A DNA stretch of 64,000 nucleotides from Verrucomicrobiota bacterium (GCA_047947115.1 CP170459.1:4864001-4928000); one strand, 5' to 3'; shown: positions 29,069 through 40,230, counted from the stretch's first letter. Numbers and translations are program-made. Notes: generated by a model not told the origin, from the sequence alone.

Positions 29069-31426
29069 TCAACGATAATGCAGCTGAATCACATCGTGGA
29101 TATCTTCCACCTGAACCTCCACTTTTCGACTGCGCTGTTTGATTTTCGTGTTCTCATTCCAAGCTCGCGCCTTCCGTATCCGATCACGTGTATGGATCGT
29201 CGCGCGGAACATTGGAGGATCCTCCATCATGGAAGGCAACACGTAAGGACGATTCTTTGCCGGAATCGTTTGCGGTGGCGCATTGTATCCCAGAAAATGC
29301 ACGCGCAGAATCTTTTCATCAGGATCGTCTGTGATCACGGTTTCCACATGGGCTGGAGCTTCAATGGAAATGCGCGGTTTTGGATCGAGAAACCGAATGG
29401 CTCTGTCAATCAGGCTGCGCGCCTCGGGAATGTGATGTTCTCCTCCGGCCGCATATCCGGGGGAAGCAGCCAGGGTGTAAACGACGCCTTTGCCGAGAGC
29501 ATGAATCAACACGGCCGGACCGACCGCTTGATCCGCACTTAATGGCCAGTCCGGATTGTATCCCCCCTGATCATGAAGAACGGAGCGATGCGGTTTCATG
29601 ATCTCCCCCACCGAAACGGCAATTGTTGGCTCATAAACCACCCCGGGTCCTCGAACCAGGAAAGGCCAGGGTTCCCCCTGGTGGCTTGGAATCAATTGGT
29701 TCGGATTAAAGTTTCGACCAAGCGTCCCATTGAGTCCGCGATCTGAATGAACTCTGTCATCATCATGCTTCGACTGCACGATATTCAACAAAACAGCATC
29801 TAAAACCGCATCGCGGGGCGCTTTCGTTTCCGAGAGGCGCACCCAATTGTCGGTCGTAGGCATTACTTGTTTCATCTTTGCTCCAATCAGGGATTCCATG
29901 GCGGTTTGTGGCTCGATTTCTCCCATATAATCATACCATCCGCTCAAGCCTGTCAGAATCAATCGTCCGCCCTGTTCCACGTACGTTTTGAAGATGCGGA
30001 TCTCCCGCTCGGAAAGGATGGCCGCATTGGGAACCAGCAAAACAGGTAAGTCGATCAATCCTTCAAAAGTAAGCGCTTGGTCAAAAACAAATTCCCAGGG
30101 AACATGGGCATACACCAAGGCTTTGTGCGCCCCCTGCAGGGATTGATAGTATCGGGGCGGATCATTCCTGGCATACCAATCACGCGTTCGCGTGGAAACA
30201 TAAAGTCCTACCTGACGAACGGGCGCTTGACCAAAGTGCTCCCGTTTTTCCCGAGACTCTTTAAGGACACGCCCCATCCGATCATAGGCCACAGGATCCA
30301 GCGTTCCGTCAAATGCCGTCTTATCGATCATCGTGACAAAAGCGCCATGAGCCAGGAGATTGAACATTTCCCAACGCATATCGTGCAATGGACGAGTTGT
30401 CTGATCATGATACATCCGAACCCCGCGTTGCATGGCGACCTGATAGGGTTTGTCAGGCGTTGCGGCACGGTACCATTCGGCATTGAAACCAACCGTCAGG
30501 GCACTGAATCCCCAAACCCCGGTTTCGCCTGTCACAAAATCCCCGCGCCGCGCATGTGGAACAGGCATCTGCCCTACTTCCCAGGAAAATGGCGGATTTC
30601 CATGATAGTTGAAGTCCACTGAAACACCGGGACCTCGAGTTCGAACGTGCTCGGTCAATTCATGCTCAAATTCCAAACTGGTCGAATAACGAAAATCAAG
30701 CATGTCATCCCAAGCTGGGGACCAATCAACGCCTTCGGGCATATCGTGACCATATCGCTGTTGGTATTTCTCCTTGCAGAATTCGCACCAACACCCGACT
30801 GGTTGCCCAAATCCCTGATCCACCATGTCCAGATGAAACCCGTCGATGCCGTATTCGAGCATTTCATCGAGCAACAGTTTGACGAAATCCTTGTAGGGCG
30901 AATTGAAACATACCAAATGATTGATCGGTTCACCGTCACTTTTGATGATGCGCCAATCCGGATGCGAGCGCAGCGTTGAACTGGGGTATTGCAAGACACA
31001 ATATGCGATCACCGGCATACCATGTCCACGTGCCGCATCCATGGTTTCACGGAGACAATCACGTGCTCCAAATCCCGGAGGTTTGGGCTGATGTTTCGAA
31101 TCATAGTATGCAAACTCCCCATCCCGCGCCCACATGACCACATACTCGGCGTGGGCCTTCACTGCGGCATTGACAATCACGTCACCCCGGAATTCGGAAG
31201 CATATTCCAGGTCCTTGACATCCCCCCCAAACTGAGCCCCCGTCGGACCAATCTCCATTCCTACAAGGGCCCGCTCATACCAAGGTTGCTCCCCGCCATT
31301 CAATGAAAGGCAGAAAAGCAGTATCGCGACCGGCCAAATGCTGCGGTTGTTGGCGAAAAAGATCGTAAATCTACCACCTGAGCGAAAGTGTTTTTCCATG
31401 GCCGTTAAGGTTACCACCAAATGCAT
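29069..31426 (-). CDS. Putative glycoside hydrolase (GHL6/fucosidase-like TIM barrel + GH42-type trimerisation domain); start uncertain
   Basis: HAEYVVMWARD; CFNSPY; YGIDGFHLD; CWCEFC Zn motif; VLLVPNAAILS...YVEQGGRLILTG. Confidence 0.78.
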   Translation of the reverse strand: MHLVVTLTAMEKHFRSGGRFTIFFANNRSIWPVAILLFCLSLNGGEQPWYERALVGMEIGPTGAQFGGDVKDLEYASEFRGDVIVNAAVKAHAEYVVMWARDGEFAYYDSKHQPKPPGFGARDCLRETMDAARGHGMPVIAYCVLQYPSSTLRSHPDWRIIKSDGEPINHLVCFNSPYKDFVKLLLDEMLEYGIDGFHLDMVDQGFGQPVGCWCEFCKEKYQQRYGHDMPEGVDWSPAWDDMLDFRYSTSLEFEHELTEHVRTRGPGVSVDFNYHGNPPFSWEVGQMPVPHARRGDFVTGETGVWGFSALTVGFNAEWYRAATPDKPYQVAMQRGVRMYHDQTTRPLHDMRWEMFNLLAHGAFVTMIDKTAFDGTLDPVAYDRMGRVLKESREKREHFGQAPVRQVGLYVSTRTRDWYARNDPPRYYQSLQGAHKALVYAHVPWEFVFDQALTFEGLIDLPVLLVPNAAILSEREIRIFKTYVEQGGRLILTGLSGWYDYMGEIEPQTAMESLIGAKMKQVMPTTDNWVRLSETKAPRDAVLDAVLLNIVQSKHDDDRVHSDRGLNGTLGRNFNPNQLIPSHQGEPWPFLVRGPGVVYEPTIAVSVGEIMKPHRSVLHDQGGYNPDWPLSADQAVGPAVLIHALGKGVVYTLAASPGYAAGGEHHIPEARSLIDRAIRFLDPKPRISIEAPAHVETVITDDPDEKILRVHFLGYNAPPQTIPAKNRPYVLPSMMEDPPMFRATIHTRDRIRKARAWNENTKIKQRSRKVEVQVEDIHDVIQLHYR

Positions 31427-32264
31427 TCAGCGTCAGGTCGACACCTTGCTTATGAAAGCGGCCATTCATCCATCCCACCGGTTGGTCGTCATTGAAGTTG
31501 TAACCCACCGCCGGAAGGTTGATCAGGTGTTTACCCTCCCGCCATCCATAAACATACGTGTGGGAATGACCGTAAAACACGGCCTTGACCTGGGAGTGCG
31601 GACGCAGAATGTCGAACATCTTGTCGGCATCCAACAAGTCTCCATCGTTATCCCCTAATGTATGGTGCACGAAAATTACGGTCGGTTTGTTGGATGATTC
31701 CGTTAAAAATCGATCAAGCCACTCCCGCTGGCTTTTACCCAGCAAACCGGCGACCTTGTCCACATACAATAGCGAGTCCAGTTGAATGATGCGCACGGTC
31801 GGGTGTTCAATCACGAGAACATGTTTGTCGGTGACGTCCGCCTTTGTCACTGCATCAGGTTGGATAACTTTGTTGAAATGCTCCCGGTCATCGTGGTTTC
31901 CCATCCCCACATAGATGGGACAATGGGATACCACGGGCTCCAACAATTTCTTTAGTTGAACGTAGTCCTCCGGTTCTCCCGTCAACCGTGCCGCATCTCC
32001 GTTGATCAACACTCCATGAGGGTTGGATGCCACGATATCGGGCACGATACGCTTCAGGTTTTCCCATGGTTTAAAGCCTCGAAATTCGTTGAGTGCGTCC
32101 GCTGGAATATGGGTATCCGAAAGTATTGCCAAATGATAGTGTTCAGTGACGGAAGCGCTCTGCAGTGGTTTACCGAAGGAGCCCAGCGTTAGCGCCGCGG
32201 TCGTCAATACGCCGTTGCGAACGAAAGTTCGTCGGTCCTCTAAAGCCGATAATATGGATGGCAT
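31371..32264 (-). CDS. Tat-exported calcineurin-like metallophosphoesterase (CpdA/Icc-like)
   Basis: RRTFVR Tat motif; SDTH; NGD; GNHD; HH; GHSH. Confidence 0.9.
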   Translation of the reverse strand: MPSILSALEDRRTFVRNGVLTTAALTLGSFGKPLQSASVTEHYHLAILSDTHIPADALNEFRGFKPWENLKRIVPDIVASNPHGVLINGDAARLTGEPEDYVQLKKLLEPVVSHCPIYVGMGNHDDREHFNKVIQPDAVTKADVTDKHVLVIEHPTVRIIQLDSLLYVDKVAGLLGKSQREWLDRFLTESSNKPTVIFVHHTLGDNDGDLLDADKMFDILRPHSQVKAVFYGHSHTYVYGWREGKHLINLPAVGYNFNDDQPVGWMNGRFHKQGVDLTLNAFGGNLNGHGKTLSLRW

Positions 32265-32850
32265 AGGTCTTGCATGCCCTTTTGGAGCAAAGTTCGCAAG
32301 GTTATTCCGAGTGTTGTATTGATCGTTTTCAGTGGTTCGAACATCGCACGCCCTTGTGTGCGGCATCAATGGATACGTAGGAGGTCAATCATCCACACCA
32401 TTACTTCAGAAAGGACTGCGCCGACTCGAAAATCGATTCCATAGCAGCGCAGGTATTTGTGTCATCCATGAAGACAAACTTTCCATCCAAAAACAGTGCG
32501 CAAAACCATGAGAGGACGTGTGAACCTTGAAAATGCCGCATCAATCTTTGGTGGCTTGAATCCGAATGCATCGAAACTCCGATCCATCGGTCAAACCATT
32601 CTCATCGCCTGCGGCACCATCTGGCATGCGGCCTTGACCACCGAAGCCAGGTTGAAGCGGATGATGTCCTTTTGATTCCGGGAATACTGAAATCTCTCTA
32701 TTCATTACTGGCAGTGATTCCATTGTGATTGCTTTCATACGAAATCGCGCTTGCGAGAGGTTGTGAATTAGACAAACCAAGCAAACTGGTCGGAAGCGTG
32801 ACCGTGGAATAAGTCCTACCATTGTGAAACCAAAACCCATGCTTGAGTCA

Positions 32851-33822
32851 CTACTTTGATTTGCGTCTAGGTGAGGGCTTTTTATGCCCTGGTTGATCGG
32901 AGTCCCTTACATCATCCCTGCTACTTCCGAACAAGTTCTGTCGCGCATTTTCGGTAATCTTGACCACGGCAGGATGTTTCACTTTCCGCTCGATGGTGAT
33001 GGCGTAAAAAGACTCTCTTACCGCCCGAGTGGACCCAATGGATTTCACCCCATATTCCCTGCAAATTTCATCGGCAATGACAGTAGGTCCGGCAAATACC
33101 CCGGCCCCTTCACGTCCGAAAACTTTGAGCAGAGCGCTGTCATGAAATTCAGCCACCATTCTGGGGAACAAATCACGAGAGCGAAACCATCGATCCAAAG
33201 AGCGTCGGAGCACAGTGTTCTCAGCCGGTGCAAGAAAGGGGACACCATCCAAACACTGGGGAAACATTCCCCTGATGCGTTTCGCCAACTGGGGCGCTGC
33301 AAAAAAATGAACGCCGCATTCCCCCAGGAAGTGATTGAATGCTTTCACCTTGACCGAGCCTGCGATCGGAGCATCGGCAAGCACCAGATCCAGGTGCTGA
33401 ATAGAAAGTTCAGCCAACAACCGTTCGGTCATGTCTTCCTCACAAATCAACTGCGTGTTGCTCATTTCGTTAAGCACGGGTGCCAGGATACGGTGACAGA
33501 CCAATTTCGGCAAAACATCGGAAGCGCCTACCCGCAGTTTTCGTGGTCGCTGAGTCCCGACTCCCTTCATGCTCTCAACAAATTCCTGTCCCAGTGAAAA
33601 TATCTCTTCAGCGTAGTCAAAAGCCAACCGCCCAGCTTCAGTCAGATCCATGCGTCCTGCATTCCGGTCAAATAAGGGTTCACCCAATTGATCTTCGAGT
33701 ATTTTGATTTGTTTGGAAATCGTGGGCTGGGTCAGGTTCAAGGCAATGCTCGCCTTGCTGACTCCCCCTTCACGAACCACGGTCCAAAAGTAATGCAAAT
33801 GATGATAGTTCAGCCAGTGCAT
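32851..33822 (-). CDS. nhaR: LysR-family transcriptional regulator, NhaR-like
   Basis: WLNYHHLHYFWTVVREG; LTQPTIS; YAEEIFSLGQE; AEFHDSALLKVFG; ERKVKHPAV. Confidence 0.88.
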   Translation of the reverse strand: MHWLNYHHLHYFWTVVREGGVSKASIALNLTQPTISKQIKILEDQLGEPLFDRNAGRMDLTEAGRLAFDYAEEIFSLGQEFVESMKGVGTQRPRKLRVGASDVLPKLVCHRILAPVLNEMSNTQLICEEDMTERLLAELSIQHLDLVLADAPIAGSVKVKAFNHFLGECGVHFFAAPQLAKRIRGMFPQCLDGVPFLAPAENTVLRRSLDRWFRSRDLFPRMVAEFHDSALLKVFGREGAGVFAGPTVIADEICREYGVKSIGSTRAVRESFYAITIERKVKHPAVVKITENARQNLFGSSRDDVRDSDQPGHKKPSPRRKSK

Positions 33823-33832
33823 ATCTTCACGC

Positions 33833-33849
33833 TATAGACTTTTTCTATA
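33833..33849. promoter_or_regulatory. LysR-type operator (T-N11-A dyad)
   Basis: Perfect inverted repeat TATAGA-N5-TCTATA in the 75-bp divergent gap between the LysR gene and carbonic anhydrase. Confidence 0.7.
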
Positions 33850-33900
33850 TATTCACGCCAAAAATAATCATTAGACTATGACGCGATAAAGGGCAGTGTG

Positions 33901-34515
33901 ATGGTGATGAATCACTCAGCAACTTACAAGGATGTGTTGGCAGGATACGAAACCTTCAGAAGGGAAGTATTACCGAAGAAAGAAAATTTGTTCAGGCAGC
34001 TGGCAGGATCACAGAGCCCACACGTTACGTTGCTGACATGCTCCGATTCGAGAATTGATCCTTGCCTCATCACGCAGACAAACCCCGGAGATTTGTTTGT
34101 AATTCGCAACGCAGGCAATATGGCACCGATTGCTGAAGCCGGCACCAGCGGAGAGCTTGCCACCCTTCAATTTGCAGTGTGTGGTCTAAAAACCCGTCAT
34201 ATCGTCGTGTGCGGTCATTCTGACTGCGGGGCTATGAAAGGGTTGTTGGCCCCTGAGAGTTGTGCCCACCTGACCTACCTCTCAGCTTGGCTGTGCGAGG
34301 CACAAGAGGCGCTGATGATGATCGAGGAAAATCTCCCACAAGAAGAAAAACTAAGGGCGGTGACAAATGCCAACGTCAGGCTTCAATTAACCAACCTGCG
34401 GAAACTTGATTTTGTGCGTCAAGCAGAGGAGGAGGGACAACTTGAACTCCATGGCTGGGTCTATGACATCGGCTCAGGGAACCTCCAAATCGTAAATAGT
34501 GAACAGATCGTTTGA
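33901..34515 (+). CDS. Beta-class carbonic anhydrase
   Basis: CSDSR; PGDLFVIRNAGN; CGHSDCGAM; LHGWVYDI. Confidence 0.95.
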   Translation: MVMNHSATYKDVLAGYETFRREVLPKKENLFRQLAGSQSPHVTLLTCSDSRIDPCLITQTNPGDLFVIRNAGNMAPIAEAGTSGELATLQFAVCGLKTRHIVVCGHSDCGAMKGLLAPESCAHLTYLSAWLCEAQEALMMIEENLPQEEKLRAVTNANVRLQLTNLRKLDFVRQAEEEGQLELHGWVYDIGSGNLQIVNSEQIV

Positions 34516-34564
34516 TCACCTGTTCAGGCCGTGAGGTTAACCTCGCTAAGGAAATTACTCACTT

Positions 34565-36121
34565 ATGTTTAGAAACGTATTCACCCTGCCAAAAAAAGTG
34601 GAATGGAACCGGGAAATCCTGGCTTCCGTCGTTGTTTTCTTGGTCGCACTCCCCCTTTGCATGGGGATCGCCATCGCTTCCGGCGCTCCACCTGCTCTGG
34701 GATTGATCAGCGGCATCATCGGCGGTCTGGTTGTTGGTTTCATTGGAGGAGCACCGCTGCAGGTCAGCGGACCGGCGGCAGGACTTGCCGTGTTGGTCTG
34801 GCAATTCATTGAAAAACATGGCCTACCGGCCTTGGGTTGGGTGGTTCTGGGAGCCGGCATTCTGCAAATGATATCAGGGGCCTTGAAGCTGGGCCGCTGG
34901 TTTCGTGCGGTTTCGCCATCAGTCATACAAGGCATGCTGGCTGGTATCGGAGTGCTGATTTTGGCAAGCCAATTTCACGTCATGATGGACGACAGCCCCC
35001 GAGGATCCGGCATCTCCAACCTACTCACGATCCCGGTTTCGATCTACAAAGGCATCTTCCCGGTCGACGGATCGGTTCACCACATGGCCGGTGCGATGGG
35101 TTTGATTTCAATTGGATCCATTGTTTTATGGACGAGATTCAAACCCAAAAAACTTAAGTCAATACCCGGCCCCTTGGTGGCAGTCGTCATCGCCACGATC
35201 ATTGCGACCGTTTTTAATCTCCCAATCCAATATGTAAGCATTCCGGAAAGCATATTTGACAGTTTAAATGTTCCAAAACTTGCAGAAGTCGCATTATTCG
35301 CGACCCCCAGTTTTTGGGGAACCATGATCGGGTTTGCAGTGATTGCTAGCGCTGAAACCTTGCTCTGCGCTACTGCGGTAGACCGAATGCACGACGGCGA
35401 GAGAACAAACTATGATCGCGAGCTTTTCGCACAAGGTATCGGAAACGCCCTATGCGGCTTATGTGGAGCACTTCCCATGACGGGAGTCATCGTGAGAAGC
35501 TCGGCCAATGTCGAAGCAGGCGCCAAAACGAAATACTCAGCCATCATGCATGGAGCTTGGTTGCTGCTGTTTGTTGTTTTCCTTCCCTTTCTGATCAGTT
35601 GGATCCCCACCTCCGTGTTGGCCGCCATCCTGGTCTATACCGGTTACAAATTGGTCAACCCGGCCATGATCAGAAAATTGTGGAAAGCCGGCAAATCGGA
35701 AGTCTTCATTTATGCCGCAACCGTGATCGCCATCGTTTCCACCGACTTACTTACGGGTGTTCTGATCGGTTTTGGCATCGCCTTGTTGAAATTGCTTTAC
35801 ACCTTCCTGCACTTAGAAATTATCAAGAAAATTGACACCAAGAAGGGACGCGTGGACGTGGCCTTAAGAGGCACGGCCAGTTTCATTAAACTACCAAGAA
35901 TAGCGGATGAGCTTGATTCGATCGACGGGAACATGGAAGTTCACTTTCACCTGGGCGCCCTGGCTTATGCAGATCACGCCACCCTTGAACTTTTCGACGA
36001 ATGGCGAAGCCGACGGTCGGGCAAGGTTTTTATGGAACTGGATGAATACCACGCGCGAGCCAGAGGCAAAATGGCACTCCCCGAAGTGGAAATCACGGCA
36101 AGCTCACCCCAGCGTAGTTAG
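34565..36121 (+). CDS. SulP/SLC26 anion (probably bicarbonate) transporter
   Basis: VVFLVALPLCMGIAIASG; QVSGPAAGL; PMTGVIVRSSAN; degenerate STAS domain. Confidence 0.93.
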   Translation: MFRNVFTLPKKVEWNREILASVVVFLVALPLCMGIAIASGAPPALGLISGIIGGLVVGFIGGAPLQVSGPAAGLAVLVWQFIEKHGLPALGWVVLGAGILQMISGALKLGRWFRAVSPSVIQGMLAGIGVLILASQFHVMMDDSPRGSGISNLLTIPVSIYKGIFPVDGSVHHMAGAMGLISIGSIVLWTRFKPKKLKSIPGPLVAVVIATIIATVFNLPIQYVSIPESIFDSLNVPKLAEVALFATPSFWGTMIGFAVIASAETLLCATAVDRMHDGERTNYDRELFAQGIGNALCGLCGALPMTGVIVRSSANVEAGAKTKYSAIMHGAWLLLFVVFLPFLISWIPTSVLAAILVYTGYKLVNPAMIRKLWKAGKSEVFIYAATVIAIVSTDLLTGVLIGFGIALLKLLYTFLHLEIIKKIDTKKGRVDVALRGTASFIKLPRIADELDSIDGNMEVHFHLGALAYADHATLELFDEWRSRRSGKVFMELDEYHARARGKMALPEVEITASSPQRS

Positions 36122-36593
36122 ACCAAAAACTCCATCAGCAAGTAAGAAATTTGTTTCTTACGGGTATTTCTGGTGATTTTTTACTGATCAAGACAAAGTT
36201 CCAATCCACATGGATGGAAAATTACGCCGGTGTGGATTCTCTTTTTATTGCGGCAACAATATGCCTTTTTAATCAATCCCTGTATCTCGTTGTTCAGCAC
36301 TTCGATGGGGCCTTTGATAATTGAGTATAAAAAAGATTGGGAATTCGATCCATGTCCCCTTTTGACATGCGAGTCATTTTGTTTCCCAGCTCAAGACAGC
36401 GGAGGATCACCCAGTGATACCAGGGCGTGAGGTATCCTTCTGCCGTTAAGCGGTCGCTCATCGACCAAAACCATCTGAAGGTCTCTTTCAGGCATCACCC
36501 TTTGGCAGTTCGCACATGCACATTGGCCAATGATTCCAAAACAAATGAATTGCAAACAAAGCCCGGTAAGATTTCAATGATCCAGAATTTCCC

Positions 36594-38762
36594 ATGAAAA
36601 AGATTGCCTTCACCCCAAAGACGTCGCAGCCCCTTATGGTTTGCCTACACATGTTATGGACCTTGTCCCTGGGCGGTTTCATTTCAAACAGCCAGGCGGG
36701 TTCGATGCCAAGCGCACTATCCAATGGCTCACATCCGGAGGATCATCGTCATGCACCATTAACCGATCTGAACGGTTACTTCCCTTTTCAAGTTCCTGAG
36801 ACCATCGCCGAATGGGAAGATCGTGCCGAGCAATTGCGGACACATCTTTTGGTTGTCAACGGCCTTTGGCCCATGCCCACCAAAACCGCCTTAAACACGG
36901 TCATTCATAGCAAAGTTGATCAGGGAGATTACACGATTGAGAAAGTGTTTTTCGAGAGCTTCCCGGGGTTTTATGTCACCGGCAGCCTTTACCGCCCCAA
37001 AGGGTTCGCTGGACCACGCCCGGCCATACTCTGCCCCCACGGTCACTGGAACAATGGGCGGTTCACTGAAAATGAAAGCATCTGGTCTGAAATCAACTCC
37101 GGCGCCGAACGTTTCGAAACGGGTGGCCGCAGTCCCCTGCAATCCCGCTGCGTCCAACTCGCCCGCATGGGCTGCGTGGTGTTTCATTACGACATGATCG
37201 GCTATGCAGACAGCATTCAGATTTCCTACGACCTTGCCCACCGCTTTGCCAAGCAACGTCCGGAAATGAACGGTTCTGACCGTTGGGGTTTCTTCAGCCC
37301 GCAGGCCGAGTCACATCTGCAAAGCATCATGGGACTTCAAACATGGAATTCGATCCGTTCGCTCGATTTCCTGGAAACACTTCCCGATGTCGACCGCAGC
37401 CGGTTGGGCATCACGGGAGCCAGCGGCGGCGGCACCCAGACCTTTTTACTGGCGGCCATTGATGATCGCCTGGCAGTCAGTTTTCCGGCGGTCATGGTGT
37501 CCACCGCGATGCAGGGTGGTTGTACCTGCGAAAACACCTGCGGCCTTCGCATCCCGGCAGGCAACGTGGAATTCGCCGCCCTTTTCGCCCCAAAACCCCT
37601 CGGCATGACCGGAGCCAATGACTGGACGGTGGAAATGTCCTCCAAGGGATTCCCCGAACTCCAGAAGCTTTACTCGATGTATGGTGCCAAGGACAACGTC
37701 CAACTGGCCCAACTCAATCATTTCGGTCACAACTACAATTACGTCAGTCGCGCTTCCATGTATCAATTCATGAACAAACACCTCAATCTTGATTTGGGAG
37801 GCCCAATTATCGAGCAAGATTATGAATTCCTGAGAGCAGACGACTTGTCTGTTTGGACCAATGGGTATGAAGCGCCCAAAGGCGGCCCGGAGTTCGAGCA
37901 GGAACTCCTGCAATACTGGAGACGAGATGCGGAGGAAAAACTGGCCCCCAGCGCCCAGAGCATCCATGCTTTCCAAAACCTGCATGCCCCGGCCATCGAG
38001 GCCATCATCGGACGCACAATCGAATCGGTCGGCAAGACCGAACTGGAACTCAACCACAAATCACAGAAGGACGGCTACCTGGAAATGGCCGGGGTCGTAA
38101 AAAACCTCACCCACGGGGAAGCAGTGCCCACCCTTTACCTCCATCCGGATGACTGGAATGGTCGTACCATCATCTGGCCGACCATCAATGGAAAGAACGG
38201 ACTGCTCGATTCCAACGGCAAACCGAACTCAGAAGCACGAGCACTGCTGAACGAAGGCTGCACCGTGGTGGGTGTCGACCTGCTCTTCCAAGGTGAATCC
38301 CGGGGAAATGAATCCCCCGTCAACCAAAACCAGGTCGTCGACAATCCACGTGAATTCGCGGGTTACACCTACGGATACAACCATCCCCTCTTTGTCAAAC
38401 GCGTCCACGATCTGCTGACAAGCATCGAAAACATCCGCACCAATGAAAAACGCGCCTCGAGCACGATCGAACTGAAAGGATCCGGCAGCGCCGCTTATCT
38501 GGCAGCGGCAGCTCGGGCGGTCAGTCGTGACACCATTCAAAACGCGATCCTGGACCTGGATGGTCTGAGCAACGAACCGATAAGTGATTATCGTGATCCC
38601 GATTTTTTCTTCGGTTCCGCCAAATTGGCAAGCATTTCAGCTTGCCTTGCCGTCGGCGCTCCCAGTCGACTTCAAGTAAGGAACGGTGACCAGGAACTCA
38701 AGAACCTGTTGGCCGGCATCTATGCATCTGCAGGTTTCCCTCATCGTTTGGTGACCGAATAG
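36594..38762 (+). CDS. Secreted alpha/beta-hydrolase (acetylxylan-esterase-like)
   Basis: PAILCPHGH; YDMIGY; nucleophile GASGGG; CTCEN; second degenerate hydrolase domain. Confidence 0.85.
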   Translation: MKKIAFTPKTSQPLMVCLHMLWTLSLGGFISNSQAGSMPSALSNGSHPEDHRHAPLTDLNGYFPFQVPETIAEWEDRAEQLRTHLLVVNGLWPMPTKTALNTVIHSKVDQGDYTIEKVFFESFPGFYVTGSLYRPKGFAGPRPAILCPHGHWNNGRFTENESIWSEINSGAERFETGGRSPLQSRCVQLARMGCVVFHYDMIGYADSIQISYDLAHRFAKQRPEMNGSDRWGFFSPQAESHLQSIMGLQTWNSIRSLDFLETLPDVDRSRLGITGASGGGTQTFLLAAIDDRLAVSFPAVMVSTAMQGGCTCENTCGLRIPAGNVEFAALFAPKPLGMTGANDWTVEMSSKGFPELQKLYSMYGAKDNVQLAQLNHFGHNYNYVSRASMYQFMNKHLNLDLGGPIIEQDYEFLRADDLSVWTNGYEAPKGGPEFEQELLQYWRRDAEEKLAPSAQSIHAFQNLHAPAIEAIIGRTIESVGKTELELNHKSQKDGYLEMAGVVKNLTHGEAVPTLYLHPDDWNGRTIIWPTINGKNGLLDSNGKPNSEARALLNEGCTVVGVDLLFQGESRGNESPVNQNQVVDNPREFAGYTYGYNHPLFVKRVHDLLTSIENIRTNEKRASSTIELKGSGSAAYLAAAARAVSRDTIQNAILDLDGLSNEPISDYRDPDFFFGSAKLASISACLAVGAPSRLQVRNGDQELKNLLAGIYASAGFPHRLVTE

Positions 38763-38773
38763 AAATTACAAAC

Positions 38774-38808
38774 AAAAAGGGCCGGGGACGAATCCCCGGC
38801 CCTGTTTG
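38774..38808. terminator. Bidirectional intrinsic terminator between convergent genes
   Basis: aaaa-agggccgggga-cgaa-tccccggccct-gtttg. Confidence 0.85.
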
Positions 38809-38827
38809 TGATTTACCTATCCGAATA

Positions 38828-39994
38828 CTATCGGGTGGAGAATCGGTGCACGGTGTGATGCGTGTAGGTTTCTCCCGGCCTCAAAACGACCGTCGGAAAA
38901 TGAGGCTTGTTGGGTGAATCGGGAAAGTGCTGGGTTTCCAGGCAGAATCCGTTGTGCTTGTTGTAAATGCCGCCCGACTTGCCGGTCAGGGTGCCATCCA
39001 GAAAGTTTCCGGAGTAGAACTGAATGCCGGGTTCAGTTGTCAGAATTTCCAATACGCGTCCGGTAGTCGGTTCATGCACGCGGGCTGCCAGTTCCAGTTT
39101 ATCGATCCCTGACTTGCGCAAGACGAAGTTGTGATCGTAACCGCCCGGATCACCTGTCATCTGGGCAATACGCGCCCCAATGGCTTTCGGCGTGCGAAAG
39201 TCCAAAGGCAAGCCGTCCAAAGGCCGGATCTCACCGGTGGTGATCAAGCTGTCATCAACCGGAGTGTAAAAGTCTGAGACCAGTTCCAGTTCATGGCCAA
39301 GAATGTCTCCGGTTCCTTCGCCTTTCAGGTTCCAGTAAGCATGATTGGTCAAGTTGAGCACGGTGGCTTTGTCGGTGGTCGCTTTGTAGTCCACTGTCAG
39401 TTCGTTGTCATCAGTCAATGTGTAAACAACAATGCTTGTCAAATTGCCGGGATACCCTTCTTCACCATCCTTGCTGGTGTAGGAAAACTCCACCGCAGCC
39501 CCCGAATCGCTATTCAAAGCACGAGCGCTCCATACCCTTTTGTCGAATCCTTTGTCCCCACCGTGAAGGTGATTAGGGTCGTTGTTTGTCGCCAGGGTGT
39601 ATTCAACACCATCCAAAGTGAATTTCCCTTTGGCGATTCGATTGCCATAACGGCCCACCGTTGCCCCGAAATAAGGATGCCCATTCACATAAGCCTCAAG
39701 ACTATCAAATCCAAGAGTTATGTCGCCCAGTTTACCATCGCGATCCGGCACATGCATCTCTGTGAGCAAAGCCCCGTAGGTGCTGATTTTGGCGACCAGG
39801 CCGTTTTTATTCTTAAGAGTGTAGATATCGACGGATTCACCGTCGGGTGTCGTTCCGAAAGATGCTTTTTCCACGTTTGAGGGTAGTTGATGTGAGGTTG
39901 ATGTTGAACAGGGACAAGTGGCACAGGAGACAGCCAAAACAGCTACCAACGCGCACAAACTTGACCAGATAAGTTGTCGTCTTTGAGTGATCAT
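38828..39994 (-). CDS. galM: Aldose 1-epimerase (galactose mutarotase), probable lipoprotein
   Basis: GRYGNRI; HLHGG; GYPG; NLTNHAYWN; GYDHNF; CLETQHFPD; lipobox-like AVS-C. Confidence 0.95.
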   Translation of the reverse strand: MITQRRQLIWSSLCALVAVLAVSCATCPCSTSTSHQLPSNVEKASFGTTPDGESVDIYTLKNKNGLVAKISTYGALLTEMHVPDRDGKLGDITLGFDSLEAYVNGHPYFGATVGRYGNRIAKGKFTLDGVEYTLATNNDPNHLHGGDKGFDKRVWSARALNSDSGAAVEFSYTSKDGEEGYPGNLTSIVVYTLTDDNELTVDYKATTDKATVLNLTNHAYWNLKGEGTGDILGHELELVSDFYTPVDDSLITTGEIRPLDGLPLDFRTPKAIGARIAQMTGDPGGYDHNFVLRKSGIDKLELAARVHEPTTGRVLEILTTEPGIQFYSGNFLDGTLTGKSGGIYNKHNGFCLETQHFPDSPNKPHFPTVVLRPGETYTHHTVHRFSTR

Positions 39995-40230
39995 TGTTCT
40001 GATGGATTTGAAGTGGTTCCACTTCGCTTCACAAAAAAACGAACGGAATCCACTTGTGATGAGTCGAAGTATCCACAGGCGCTGGTTGGATTTCAATGCC
40101 GTGTTTTAAGAAAAAAACAATAAAGTGAAACAAAACGGAAGCGGGATGCGTACAGGACAAGGTGTCCTGCTTGATGCGAGGGATATGGATTTATCCTTGA
40201 ATCTTGGCCGAATGTCAATTCTTTTTGGCT

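Noticed and set aside
32370..32850. 99-aa ORF 32541..32840 and the surrounding gap
   Set aside because: No recognisable motif or structured element; cannot support a gene
36122..36593. 470-bp intergenic region with short ORFs
   Set aside because: Only a weak AT-rich hairpin near 36141-36160; no convincing gene or RNA
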